A DNA stretch of 64,000 nt from Lama guanicoe (taxonomy: Eukaryota), in the NCBI GenBank assembly GCA_013239625.1, contig MU053561.1, positions 2,930,283 through 2,994,282 on the forward strand, read 5' to 3'. The notes beneath the pieces were generated by a model. It worked only from the letters and a program-made list of their open reading frames with translations. It was not told the origin of the DNA and made no database searches. A program made the translations under genes and the position numbers. How positions within the stretch are numbered: position 1 is the stretch's first letter; every line of letters starts with the position of its first letter. Shown one piece after another: positions 12,715 to 24,270 of this stretch.

Positions 12715-14098
12715 GTGAGTGGAGAGAGGTGCCGCTTCCCCCTTCTGCTCCCGCTGGGTTGGCTCAACAGCTAGCGTCATTTCAGAGAAGTCGGGGCAGA
12801 GAAGAAGGGTCATGGGGAGGAGAGGGCAGGGCAGGTGGAACTCCAGGGTTCGGTCAGAGCTGGCAGGGAAAACCCGTTACCCGCTCTGCTTTCTCCAGCT
12901 CACCTGCCCACGCTTAGCAGCCCTCCCCATAGGCAGAGCGTGAGCTGTGGGTTTGCAGGCTGGAGAGGGGCCCAGCAGAGCCAAGCGCTCGTGGCCCTAT
13001 GTAAACACCCAGCAGTGCCAGCTCAGCTTGGAGGCAAACCAGCAATCCAGGGCAGCTGTTTGCTCCTATGTGGGAATTAAGTCCCAGAAGAAGTGGGTGG
13101 ATGCCTGTCTTGAAATCTCACTTAAGAGGGTTGGTCTTTTATGGAACAATTTTAAATCATAAAGTGCATTATTTAAAAAGGTTCATTGTCTGGGTTTTAG
13201 GGGTGTAAGGACTGGCATTTCCCTAATTGTCTCTCCTCTGCTGAAACTGGGTTTTTAAAAGTCAGTGGATGGGACCTCTCCCATCTTCCTAGAGCGTAGA
13301 CTATTTCCAAGGCTGCTCAGGCAGGCTCTCTGCCTCCTTGTGGCTGGTGGTGTCTGGGCGGGTAACGTCAGGACTGGGGACTCGGGGGGCTGCCTGTGTT
13401 TGCTTATGTTGGGTTTAATCATCCATAGTATCAGGATGTTCTCATTAACATCTCAGTTCTCTCATAGTTTTGTTTTTAATAAAAAGAGAACACTTACAAT
13501 GCCCTGATTTTAAACAAGACGGTGAAATTTTTAACTAACCTTGAACCTTTTCTCAACTGCTGAAGGCTGATCTTTCTCTTAGCCCTGTAATGATTCCCTT
13601 TACATTTTTATTTACACTTCTACATGTTTAATATAGTTCTCTTCAAGTGTGCAGAAAAAAAAAACAGACACGGGGGTCTTGCCACCCTTTTTTCTTTTCT
13701 CACCAACAAGATTACTTTCTTTCGTGCTTCCTTTTTTAAAAAAATCTCTCTCATGCACACACCTGATGATCTTGAAATCCTTTTCTTTCTTGGACTTCTC
13801 CCCCCTGCATTGCCTAGCATGGTGCTTTGCATACGGTAGGTGCTTGCTGAGTATTTGTAGAATGGAAATTGTCCAATTGGATGCCCACTGTCTCTGCTGT
13901 TTTCCTGTTGGCCTGTGCTTGCCTTAACCACGGACTCTCTACTTTTAAATCTGCAACTAATTCCTCATTGTTTTGTAAGGACCCAGTGGAGGGCAGCCAC
14001 ACTGTGTACTTCCTCTTATTTCTTATGCTAAGAGATTTCCCCCGTCCCCTTCCAAGAACCTGTTTGATGATCTGTGGCCTGCTGTATTGCTTTTCCAG

Positions 14099-14158
14099 CA
14101 GATAACTGGGTAGTTAAAGTCCCCCAGCACCACCAGATCCTGCCCCAAGGCCACTTGG
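14099..14158 (+). CDS. IGSF3: IGSF3 alternative 60-nt cassette exon (20-aa insert between Ig3 and Ig4)
   Basis: Acceptor tattgcttttccag at 14098, donor G|gtaagt at 14159. Phase 1/1, no stop; spliced in it reads [21 protein letters not shown]. Consistent with the 20-aa-longer human IGSF3 isoform as I recall it. Confidence 0.85.
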
Positions 14159-14884
14159 GTAAGTCTGCCAAAGGACGACAGTGATCACGTCGGTAATGGT
14201 GATGAGAAAAACTTGGATTTTCATGGCGCTTTTCCTCCCAAGAGCCCAAGGTGCTTCTGCGTTGATCATCTCGCTCCCACCCCTCAAATCCCTGGAGGGG
14301 CCAATGGCCTATCCACCCCATGAATGAAGAAGCCATAGCCCCGTTCAGAGACGGGGCTGAGCCGGTTCTGTTGGTTGAGCTTGCATTGCGCTAGAATTAT
14401 TTGCTTCTAACTGCAGATCCACTGCTCTGCGCTTAGCCCTTGCTACATCATCAGCCTCCTGATTGGAAATTTCGTTGGTGAACATGCACTTAGATTCTCA
14501 TTAGCTCTGTCCTAGTTTTTACTCAATCCGGAGCGTTTTAAATTGCTGGCTGCCTTTCCTCAGCCTGGGAACACTTGTAAATAGTCTTAATGGGCAGCGC
14601 GGTGCTGCGTCTGTATTTGCCTTGGCCTGGGCTGCGGAATGGGTTTTCTTCTCGTAGTTTCACAACCAGCTGTGTGGTTTTTCCAGGCGTGCTCGAGCAG
14701 CAGAGCACCAGACAGCAGCCCTCGTAACAAGCAAGCTGGGCTTACGGAAGAGTCCACTGGGGTGATAGTAGGGGATGGGAGAGATGCCCTGCACGTAAGG
14801 CAAGGAAAGGGATTTTTTTCCCTTAATGCTGAAGTTGGCCTTCTTTATTTTTTATTTTAATTTTTTAATTTTTTGTGCGCCCCC

Positions 14885-15110
14885 CTTACAATCACAGTCT
14901 ATTGTAAAGGCTACAAATGAACAGTCAGATGAAGGTAGCCCAGATGGGTCCCGTGCAGGGGCCTCTGTGCCCGAGGATTGGGGTGCACCACTCTCCTGGC
15001 CCGTGTCTGTGTTCACCAACTTGGAAACGCCCCCAATTTTGTTGTTTATGGGGTTTTATTTAGGTCCCATTATGCAGGCATGATTGATTAAGTCACTGGC
15101 CATCGGTGAC
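14885..15110. mobile_element. MER21-like LTR fragment
   Basis: aaaggctacaaatgaacagtcagatgaag...cattatgcaggcatgattgattaagtcactggccatcggtga resembles MER21-family sequence; recognised from memory. Confidence 0.6.
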
Positions 15111-16317
15111 TTTTTAAAAACACCTTTCTTGTGGTATGGTTCCTGTATAGTAGACTACACATATTTCGGATGTACAGTTTGATGAATTTTAATAGATATA
15201 GACACCCATGAAACCACCAGGAGTTCTTTAATTCCTCACTTTGAATTGATAACACTGGGAGTCTTTCGTGAGTCTTGAACCTACAGAGGAATATTATTAT
15301 TAACAGTGATGATGAAAAAGAATTACCCCACCTAATGCTCTCAGTGGCATGACCCTAAGAAGTAGGAACTGTTAGTGTCTCCATTTTGCACATAAGAGAT
15401 GGAGGCTTGGGTGTGGTAACCAAGAACCCCGGGGCTGCAGGGTTAGAACAGGAGACCTGAGCCTGGAGCCAGGTCTGCCTGCCTCCAGATCCCTGTTATG
15501 AGCCACTCGGGCTTTAGGGGTAGCTAATCAGGAGTCTTAATCAACTCTGTGAATCAGCCTGGTACGGCTCCTCGGAGAATTCCTCTTCCCCGCCCTGTCC
15601 TGATTTTTTTCCACGTGAAGCAGGCCAATCTAGAGTAGGTGGCAGACGTGTTCACTGAGGCAAGAGTGACCTGCTGGGGCTCAGTGCTCATCTTTGCCTG
15701 GCTCTGCCTGTGGGGAAACCCCGGGGAGGAAAGTTGATTAAGACGCATGGTCGTGGGAACGGGTGCCCCGCTGCTCAGTAACTGGGTGTGCCTCTTAATC
15801 TGGGATTTGATTGATTGATTTAAAATTGTTGTATGTGTTTCACATGGAAAATTGGAGCCGAATTAGTTCAGGTACTTTCTGTTCTTTTATATTTATGGGC
15901 TTTTTTGAATTCAATGTAGATAATCATACAAAATAATATATCGATGATTAAGATCAATTAGACTATCCACAATATTTATAAATACAAAGTTAGCGGGAAT
16001 AGTCAAGTTAATTATGATCATGTGGACCAGTTTTTGCAAACCTACATTTTAGATGATTTACAGATATTTCATTTAGTTTTTAATCTTTAAAAAACTGCAC
16101 AATGTAAATAATAATCTCCCTAATCTTATAGAAGAAGGCATGTAGAATTTAAATAATTCCATTGAGCAAGTTCATAGAACTAAGTGAGTAGCAAAGGAAA
16201 TGGAATCCTCATCCATAACTGTGACTGGCAGAAAGTTTCAGGGTTGAGAGCAGTGGAGCCCCAGGGCTGAAGGTGGACCGCAGCAGGGCGAACCACTGGC
16301 TTTGGGCCGATGCTCTG

Positions 16318-16410
16318 TTTTTTTTGTTTTTTTAATGGAGGTGCTGGGGATTGAACCCAGGACCTCACACATGCTAAGCACACACTCTACCACTGAGCTG
16401 TACCCTCTCC
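16318..16410 (-). mobile_element. tRNA-derived short SINE (camelid Vic-1-like)
   Basis: Reverse complement GGAGAGGGTACAGCTCAGTGGTAGAGTGTGTGCTTAGCATGTGTGAGGTCCTGGGTTCAATCCCCAGCACCTCC plus A-rich tail, with pol III A and B boxes. Confidence 0.85.
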
Positions 16411-16717
16411 ATCCCCTGTTCTGTGTCAATAATATGGACGCTCGCCCCCCACCACACTCTGTGAACCAAGACCATCAATGCTCCATCATTATCCACACTC
16501 AAGCAAGCATGTTACCTTCCAGATCCTTCCTGTCATTTTGTTTTCTACGTCCTAATGTTGCCCTGAAGGACTGAAATGACACATATGGATGTTTAGCTTT
16601 TATTCAACTGTTGTAGCCCTGAATGGTGGGAAGACTTAGTGAAGTAGAATTTTCAAGTTATTCTACTTACTGAAAACCCAAGTTGAATATCCTTGAGCCC
16701 CAGCTGAACACATCACA

Positions 16718-17008
16718 ATTGGTCTCTAGGTGTCCGTGGGAGATTGATTCCAGGACCTCCTGCAGATCCCCAAGTCCATAAATGCTCAAGTCCCTTATAT
16801 AAAATGGCATCAGATTTGCAAATAACCTACATATGTCATCTCTAGATTACTTATAACACGTAATAAATGTAAAGGCTATGCAAATAGTTGCCAGCACAAG
16901 GCAAATTTCAGGCTTTGCTTTTCAGAACTTTCTGCAAAAATTTTTTTTTATCCATGATTAGTTGAATCCATGGATGTGGAACCCTAGGATGTGGAGGGCC
17001 AACTATAC
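16718..17008. mobile_element. MER2-like TcMar-Tigger DNA transposon remnant
   Basis: gattgattccaggacc...aatgctcaagtcccttatataaaatggc...ttagttgaatccatggatgtggaacc...gagggccaacta. A second copy lies in the opposite orientation at about 55123-55480. Confidence 0.75.
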
Positions 17009-17334
17009 TGGATAAATTGCTTTATGCCCTAAGCATAATGCCGTTGTGTTGTATTTCTTATGTTCTGGTTCAGTCTCAGGTCTGAGACCCTTATTATCCC
17101 GCACGTTATCTTTGCACACAGCAAAGGGCCTCCTAGGTTATCAGATCTACAATCACGGGGAGTGATGCCCAGAACCAGCCAGGGCTTGCAGCAGCAAGCA
17201 TCAGAGTGTTTGTGTCCTCTAAGTTCCCCTGTACCTGAATAGGGTGACATTTGCACCCCTCCTCCTGTGACATTGTGGGGAGGGCGCAGCAGAGCCCAGA
17301 AATCCCCACTGTGGCACTCTCTCCCTCTCCGCAG

Positions 17335-17736
17335 AGAGCAGCATCTCCGTGGAGGTGGCCAGCAATGCCAGTGTGGTCCTGGAGGGGGAGAATCTGCACC
17401 TCTCCTGCACCGTCCGCACGGCGGGCCGGCCACTGGGCCGCTTCTCCGTCGTCTGGCAGCTCGTGGACAGGCAGAACCGCCGCAGCAATATCATGTGGCT
17501 GGACCGGGACGGCACCGTGCAGCCCGGCGCGTCGTACTGGGAGCGCAGCAGCTTTGGGGGCGTGCAGATGGAGCAGGTGCAGCCCAACTCATTCAGCTTG
17601 GGCATCTTCAACAGCAGGAAGGAGGATGAGGGCCAGTACGAATGCCACGTGACCGAATGGGTGCGGGCAGTGGACGGCGAGTGGCAGGTCGTTGGAGAAC
17701 GCCGGGCCAGCACCCTTGTCTCCATCACAGCTCTCG
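17335..17736 (+). CDS. IGSF3: IGSF3 coding exon, Ig-V domain 4 (402 nt, phase 1/1)
   Basis: Acceptor ctctctccctctccgcag at 17334, donor G|gtaagt at 17737. Encodes (K)SSISVEVASNASVVLEGENLHLSC...DEGQYECHVTEWV...VSITAL. Confidence 0.96.
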
Positions 17737-17803
17737 GTAAGTAAGCTCCGGGGTCTTTTGGTGGGACTGTTGGGGAAATGCTCCCGTGTCAAGACCCTCA
17801 TAG

Positions 17804-18314
17804 TGTCGACTGAAAAAAAAAATGCACAACCTAAATGTTGAGAATTATGTTTTATTTGGAGGACTTTCTGAGGACTTCAAGCGTGGGAGACAGCCTCTCA
17901 GGTAGCTCTGAGAGACTGCTCCACAGAGATAAGGGAGAGGCCATGATATATAGGGGGTTTTGCTACAAAGACCAGGTAGACAGAACATCAAAAGATTACT
18001 GTTAATTAGAGAAAAGCAGATGTCTCAAGTTAAGGACTTTTCTGTGTATGGGGCGATGCAAGAGTCTGAGCTCATTGAAGTCATTCCTTTGATAGGCACC
18101 TTAGCTATCTAGGGCCAGTATTCTGTGCTTTCCCATCCTGAGTCCCCAGGTGCACCGTTGGGGGTGGCTGCAGTGGCCAAGGGCTTGGCAGAGTGCAGCC
18201 CGTTTGTTTCCATCCTGAGTTCCCTCAGGGCTCATCTTTAGGGGCGGCTATAATGGCTTCCTGGCTGTAGCATCCTTTGTTTACTGACATGGCAGGCAAC
18301 ATTTTTCATTCACA
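17804..18314 (-). mobile_element. ERV1-type solo LTR (511 bp)
   Basis: Minus strand runs TGTGAATG...CAGTCGACA (TG...CA termini) with a TATA-like CCTATATAT (about 17945-17953) and AATAAA (17851-17856) in LTR order. Flanks ATAG/AAAG form a near-perfect 4-bp TSD. Confidence 0.75.
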
Positions 18315-19789
18315 AAAGGAAACCTGGCAGGAAACAGATGGCACCTTCCAAAGGGTTTAATTGAAGAAGGCTTAGGGAAATGTGGATGGGGTTAAATGAA
18401 CCAACAATGGTTCAACCTGGCAGGCCCCTGGGTACTGGGGACAGCTAGGCACTGTTACTACTCCTGAGTCTGGGTGGTAGGAGTGAAGTTGTGAGATTTC
18501 TGGCCAGGGAGCGGTGGCCCCAGGTGGAGGAACGTGGCCACTGCCAAAATTGGCCTGGAAGAGCCAGAACAAATCCTCTCCCTCCTGCCCCCCAGCCTCT
18601 CCTGCCCAGGAGCTCAGCCCCCCTGAAAAATTGAGAGAAGGGCAAAGAAAGGTAGAAAATCACCTTTTGCCATTTATTTAGCACTTACTATGTTCCTGGC
18701 TGATAAGCACTTACACTTAATTGTCCCTTGAAATCCTCGCCTAGCCTACAGGTGAACACTGTGATTTTACAAGCAGACTAGTGAGACAGGTTGACTCTTT
18801 TCTCAGGGGTATAGCTTTTAAATGACAGACCCACAGTCTGAACCCAGGAAACCAGCAATCCATCTTAATTTTTTTTTTAATCTGTGTTTTTATCTTTTCC
18901 TCTGTAAGTGTTGTCCTTAAGAAAGCCATTTCTTCATTAGCATGAAATTAAAAGTTACCTCGAGATTTACTAAAACCTTGAGAATATTAGATTTGCTTCT
19001 TATAGGGTAAAGAGGCTTCTATCAACATTTATCTGCCTAATAGAATCAGTATATTAAATTTTGAAAGACCAGTCTGCTACTTTGCTGGGAAGGTAACTTG
19101 TCACATTGTCTTCCTGTTTATCAAGAGACTGTGACATCAGTTGTCCTCAGTGACTTTGCACCCCACCCCGTGCGTCCATGTTGCCACCTTCCTCACAGGT
19201 ATGGCTGGTGGGGCTTTTGGATACACCCCAGTAGAGATGGCAGCCTCAAGTGGTTTTGCCCTCAACAAAGTCCTTTATCACCACCCACCCCCAGATTAGA
19301 ATTACATTTACTTTCCAAAAGCTTGATCCTAAGGATTGACCTGTTTTCTGCACTAATCACACAGCTCAGATTTCTGTCTCTTGAAACATCGTCCACTGGT
19401 TGAGTTCCCTGGTCAGCTCAGCCCCTCTGCTCAGCACCCAGTGTGGCTGTGTGGAAATGGAACCAGTGGGGAAAGTTCTGGGCGTCCAACAATGGTTGTC
19501 TTTTCCATCCTGTGAGGCTAGGAATGGCTGAGGAGTGGTTAGACTTTGTCCAGGACTGTTTCTCTAGAAGTAATTTTACAGTATCCGGTAAATATCCTCT
19601 GATTTTTTTTCATACCCACCGTAGGTGGTTTCCACAGCCAGGGATTACCAAAGGGCTCAGACCTGATTCTACCAAAAAGTTAGTTCTGTGCCTTGTCTTT
19701 TACCTGTGGAGTTTAAAGTACTTTCCTTTATGTCTATTTGTGTGTGTGTGTGTGTTTTTGGTAACAAATTCCATATTTAACAAAACACA

Positions 19790-20235
19790 GTATATACTGT
19801 GTGCCAGGTACTAGTCCAAGTATTTTATAAATACTAACTCATTTAATCTTCACAAGGACCCATTTTACAGATGGGGACATAGAGGCAGAGAGAAGTTAAG
19901 TAACTTGCTCAATGTCACACAGCTAGAAGGTGTCAAAGTTGGGCATCTGTCTTCAGGGTCTTTGCCTTTAATGACTGCCTTAGGCTTCCCAAGAGTAAAG
20001 CAATGTAATGAGGCCCCCAGAATCAGTCACATGCCCATTTGTAGCCTGACTGCCATTTGCTGGCAGCTTGACAGTGGGCAGTTCATTTGACCTCTCTGGG
20101 CCTCAGTTTCCTCATCTGTAAGAAAGGGTGATAAGACTGCCTGTCCTGCAAGGTGGCTTTGAAGATTCAGTGAAGCAGACTGAAAGCAAAGCATTGGCGC
20201 CATGCCCGGCACATAGATCACTCTCAGGAAATACT
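19790..20235. mobile_element. Two MIR fragments in opposite orientation
   Basis: cccattttacagatggggacatagaggcagagagaagttaagtaacttgc (about 19860) and tctctgggcctcagtttcctcatctgtaa (about 20095). Confidence 0.7.
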
Positions 20236-20981
20236 GGCTGCTCACAGTCATAACCAGTGTGTCAACAGTAAGTCGTTTCGAGGCTTGAGGGACTCTGACC
20301 GCTCACACTGAGGAGTCAGTGTTAGGGATCAGAGACGCTGTGATATGGAGAGCCTCACCTGCAGAGCCCCTCCCACCCAGATCCCTCCTGCTGTGGGTCC
20401 CTTGCTGCCTTTGTTCCCTGGACTCCTTGAGGAGGTGATAAGAGGGGCTGGTGAGCAAGCCCGCGCTCTCCAGCCCGGGGAGCACAGGCACCTCTCCCCC
20501 GCCTCCCCCTCCTGCAGCCCTGGTGCACTGGTGGGCCAGGCAGAGGAGGCAGTGGGGCAGGGGGGTGGGAGGGATGTGTCTGCCTCACATGTGGTGGAGG
20601 AAATCGGCCTTTGGGCTTTTTTCTCCTGTTTCAGCCTAGAATCCTAAGATTTCCAGGAATGGCGCTGCCTACATGTACTCAGTCCTTTCGAGGGAGCTGA
20701 TGCAACACAAATCCACATGCGGGTTTCGTCACAAATCCATGTGCGGTTTTCATCAGGGAGGGTTTACTATTGTTGCCGGCCACTTCCTGTGGGTCCTATC
20801 AACTGCTGGGTTTGAGTATCAGTGTGCTAGCAAAAGTAATACTGGCCTGGGCATCAAAAGAGATCCATGTGTGAGCTTTGCTCTGTGCTGCCAGCTTTGC
20901 CGGGAGCCCCACCACCATGCCGCAGCACCCTGAGAAAGCCAAGTGTCACCTCTGGCCTGAGTCTCTCTGCTCTCTTTCCAG

Positions 20982-21386
20982 AAACGGGCTTTGCAGTGAC
21001 CGCCATCTCCCGCACACCGGGGGTGACCTACAGTGACTCCTTTGACCTGCAGTGCATCATCAAACCCCACTACCCGTCCCGGGTCCCTGTGTCTGTGACG
21101 TGGCGATTCCAGCCGGTGGGCACGATCGAGTTCCATGACCTTGTGACCTTCACCCGGGATGGAGGGGTCCAGTGGGGGGACAGGTCCTCCAGCTTCCGGA
21201 CCCGAACAGCCATCGAGAAGGCTGAGTCCAGCAACAACGTCCGCCTGAGCATCAGCCGAGCCAGTGACACAGAGGCGGGCAAGTACCAGTGTGTGGCGGA
21301 GCTGTGGCGGAGGAACTACAACAACACCTGGACACGGCTGGCCGAGAGGACCTCCAACCTGCTGGAGATCAGGGTGCTGCAGCCGG
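20982..21386 (+). CDS. IGSF3: IGSF3 coding exon, Ig-V domain 5 (405 nt, phase 1/1)
   Basis: Acceptor ctctctttccag at 20981, donor G|gtaagg at 21387. Encodes (E)TGFAVTAISRTPGVTYSDSFDLQC...EAGKYQCVAELW...LEIRVLQP. Confidence 0.96.
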
Positions 21387-21841
21387 GTAAGGGTCCTGCG
21401 GTCACGTGTGCCCGCTCCAGCGCTGAGGCATGCGAGGAGGAGGGAGGGGTCAAGCACTGAGGCCTTGGCACGGCTGCTTTTATTTCTCAACTTTCTGGTT
21501 TGAGAAATTGCAAAATGGTAGGAAGTTGCAAAACTCAGATTCCCTTTTCATGGTGGCAGATTGTTAACATCTTACCACATTTGTTTCTCCCTCTGTGTGT
21601 ATTTTTTGTTGTTTTTTTCAATCATTTGAGGGTAAGTCTCCAACATCAGAACACTTCCTCCTAAATACTTCAGCGTGTGTTTCTGAAGATCAGGACTTGG
21701 CCCCACCCAGCCGTGGCAGCATCATCGGACTCCAGGAATTTCACATGATTGTTGGACATTCCCAGCATCTCCCCAGTTGTCCCAACACTTCTTACAGCTT
21801 TTTTTCCTTCTAAATAAGTATCCAGTCAAGGGTCACACATC

Positions 21842-21934
21842 TGTTCTTTTTTTTTTAAATGGAGTTACTAGGGATTGAACCCAGGACCTCGTGCATGCTA
21901 AGCATGCACTCTACCACTGACCTATACCTTCCCC
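21842..21934 (-). mobile_element. tRNA-derived SINE (Vic-1-like) with perfect 16-bp TSD
   Basis: Same tRNA-like body as 16318-16410, flanked by TCAAGGGTCACACATC at 21826-21841 and 21935-21950. Confidence 0.9.
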
Positions 21935-24179
21935 TCAAGGGTCACACATCATATTTAGTTGTTATGTCTCTTTAGACTCCTTTAACCTAGAGCAGTTCCC
22001 CAGCTGTGTGTGTGTGTGAAGACGTTGACATTTGTGAAGTATGCAAGCCAACTTAACTGTTTGGCAGAAAGCTCCATCTCTTTACTTAATGTCATCTCCT
22101 ATAATCCTTGCAACCATGATGTGAGTGAGGTACCAATGTCCCTTGGTTGCGGACAAGAAACCTCGTCAGGGAGAGGGGACAAATAACACGCACTTACTGA
22201 GCATCTGCATGATGCCAGGGTTGGTTATTTTATGAGAATTTCACAGCAAGCCCAGAAGAGATTAGTTGATGAGTCCAGGGTCATGTAGCTGCTAAATGGA
22301 GCCAGGGTTTGACCCCTTGTCGGTCTCTCTCCCACACTGTTTCCCTGATCCTGGCCCTGTGCTCATGCACTGGATTTGAGCTCCCCTCTCCCGGGCAGGC
22401 GGGGTCTCCCACAGCAGGTGGGAAGGATGCTGTAACTGGGGGAGCCTTAGTCCGGGGCTTTCTGCTAACACTCTCACCCTCATCAGGCCCTTCCCCCAAT
22501 GGGGGAAGAGTAAGTACACACTACTCTTAGGGTTTCCTCCATGTCTGGCCCTGTCTCTGGTTAGGTTGGAAGCAGGCAGAGGGTGGAACTCCTCCTTCCC
22601 TCCTGTTGCTGACCCTGAGCAGGAGAGTGCAGGCACCTACCCGAAGGTGCAAAGGGACGTGTCTTTGCAAAGGCTTTTTTCAGACTTTCTGCTCCACCCA
22701 CTTTGCAAATGTGGTTTGAACACCTTGCCAAAAGGATTTTTCTTCCTGCGATGACTGCCCAACCCACTCTGCTGCACCACTGCAGAGGGTCACAGTGTTT
22801 GTTGTTTTTGGCAACATAAGGTCATGACCTGGCAGCGACTTAAGTTTGTTCTTCGCCTCTTCCAACCCCATAACAGAGGAGTGTGTTGAGCCGGTTCGGA
22901 ACGAGCGAGTTGTGTAAATGATGGGATGGTTCTAGGGCCTATGCTTGCCCAGGGAAGAGGCTGTTCTGCTTAAGTGGCTTTTCAGGTTAATGGAGGGTTA
23001 AACAGAGACCCCATTCTGTGTGAGCCCTTGTTGTGGAAAATGCCACGGGACCTGCTTGCCTGCCTTGCAGAGTAATTGCACCCTTTGTGGTCTCCTCTGG
23101 CCTCGAGGTCAGGCTGAGAGCCTGGGTGCCTGTCACATGGTTCTGCAGCTGCAGAAGGTATAGGAGGAGCTGACCCCAGGACCTTGCCTGGCATTGCCTT
23201 TTTGAATAAATCCCTAATATTTGTTTGTTTCTCTCACTACTTGGAATCTAAGACTGGAGTACCTAAGGGAAGAAAAAGGAATTGGTTCATCAGAGGTTCT
23301 GGTTATTTGGATTCTGACTAATTTATGATGCTATTAAAGGGGAAAGGGGACAAAAGTATTAAGTACCTCCTGGGTGCCAGGCATCGTGCTAGGTACCTCT
23401 GTTTTCTTTTTAAATTCATCCAACGATGAAATCATGTTGATGTTTGTGTGCCCATCCTGCTAGTGAGGAAAGCAAGGCTCCCAGGGTTTAGGAGCCTTGA
23501 TGGAGGCAAACCAGCTTGTCAAGTGGAAGACAGATGGGAGTGAGGTTGGAGCCTCGGTCTCCCTGACTTTCGTATGTCTCCATTTTCCATTATGACATTT
23601 TATTGCCTCCTGGAGTTAGGGGACGCTGCTCTGGGACTGTCTTCATGTCTCATGTAGCTCACACCGAGTCAGTCTGTGTTTTCACAACAAAAGCGAGAAC
23701 AAGCAGCAGCTGGCATGGAGGCTCAGGAGCGCCAGGGTGCTTGACCTCTGCTCCGGGTGCGCAGCAATGCACTGGGCTGGCCCCCTGGGGGCCGCCGGGA
23801 GTGCAGGGAGGCGCTGAGGCTGCGCACGGCTCCCGGGAGTGGCTGTGGCACCAGGGAGAGTGCATCCCTCTTAAGTGTTACTCTCTCCTTATTAAATATG
23901 TATGCATTTAGCACTTAATGTTTTCCAAAGAGCTTTGGGTTCATTTTTACTCTTTTTCTCACACGCCCTGGTTGGTACTGGTGCTTTCATTTGGGGGAAG
24001 TAGAAGTGGAGAAATACCAGAGGGCTGACTGTGTGCTGGAGTCTGACCTGGACACTTGGTGTATATGATCTCATTCACCTTCGCTACAGCCCGGGGAAGA
24101 AGGCATCTCTTTCCCATTTTATAAATGAAGAAACTGAGGCCCAGAGAGGTTGTGACTTGCTGGAGTCAAAAAGTAGTGA

Positions 24180-24270
24180 GGGGGGCAGGGTAGAGCTCAG
24201 TAGTATAGCCCATGCTTGGCATGCATGAGGTCCTGGGTTCAATCCCCAGTACCTCCATTAAAAAAAGAAA
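24180..24270 (+). mobile_element. tRNA-derived SINE (Vic-1-like) inserted in a MIR
   Basis: GGGGCAGGGTAGAGCTCAGTAGTATAG...GAGGTCCTGGGTTCAATCCCCAGTACCTCC plus A tail. It interrupts the MIR core (cccattttataaatgaagaaactgaggcccagagagg), which resumes with gaacccagg. Confidence 0.85.

Noticed and set aside
14337..14358. 8-bp stem hairpin AGCCCCGT-N6-ACGGGGCT (similarly CCTCGAC-AAG-GTCGAGG at about 43404-43420)
   Set aside because: Stems of 7-8 bp are expected by chance in 64 kb, and there is no other support.
16318..16410. tRNA genes at the SINE positions (also 21.9k, 24.2k, 41.0k, 51.7k, 63.4k)
   Set aside because: The copies are mutually diverged, carry A-rich tails and TSDs, and lack a consistent cloverleaf. 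They are retroposed SINEs.
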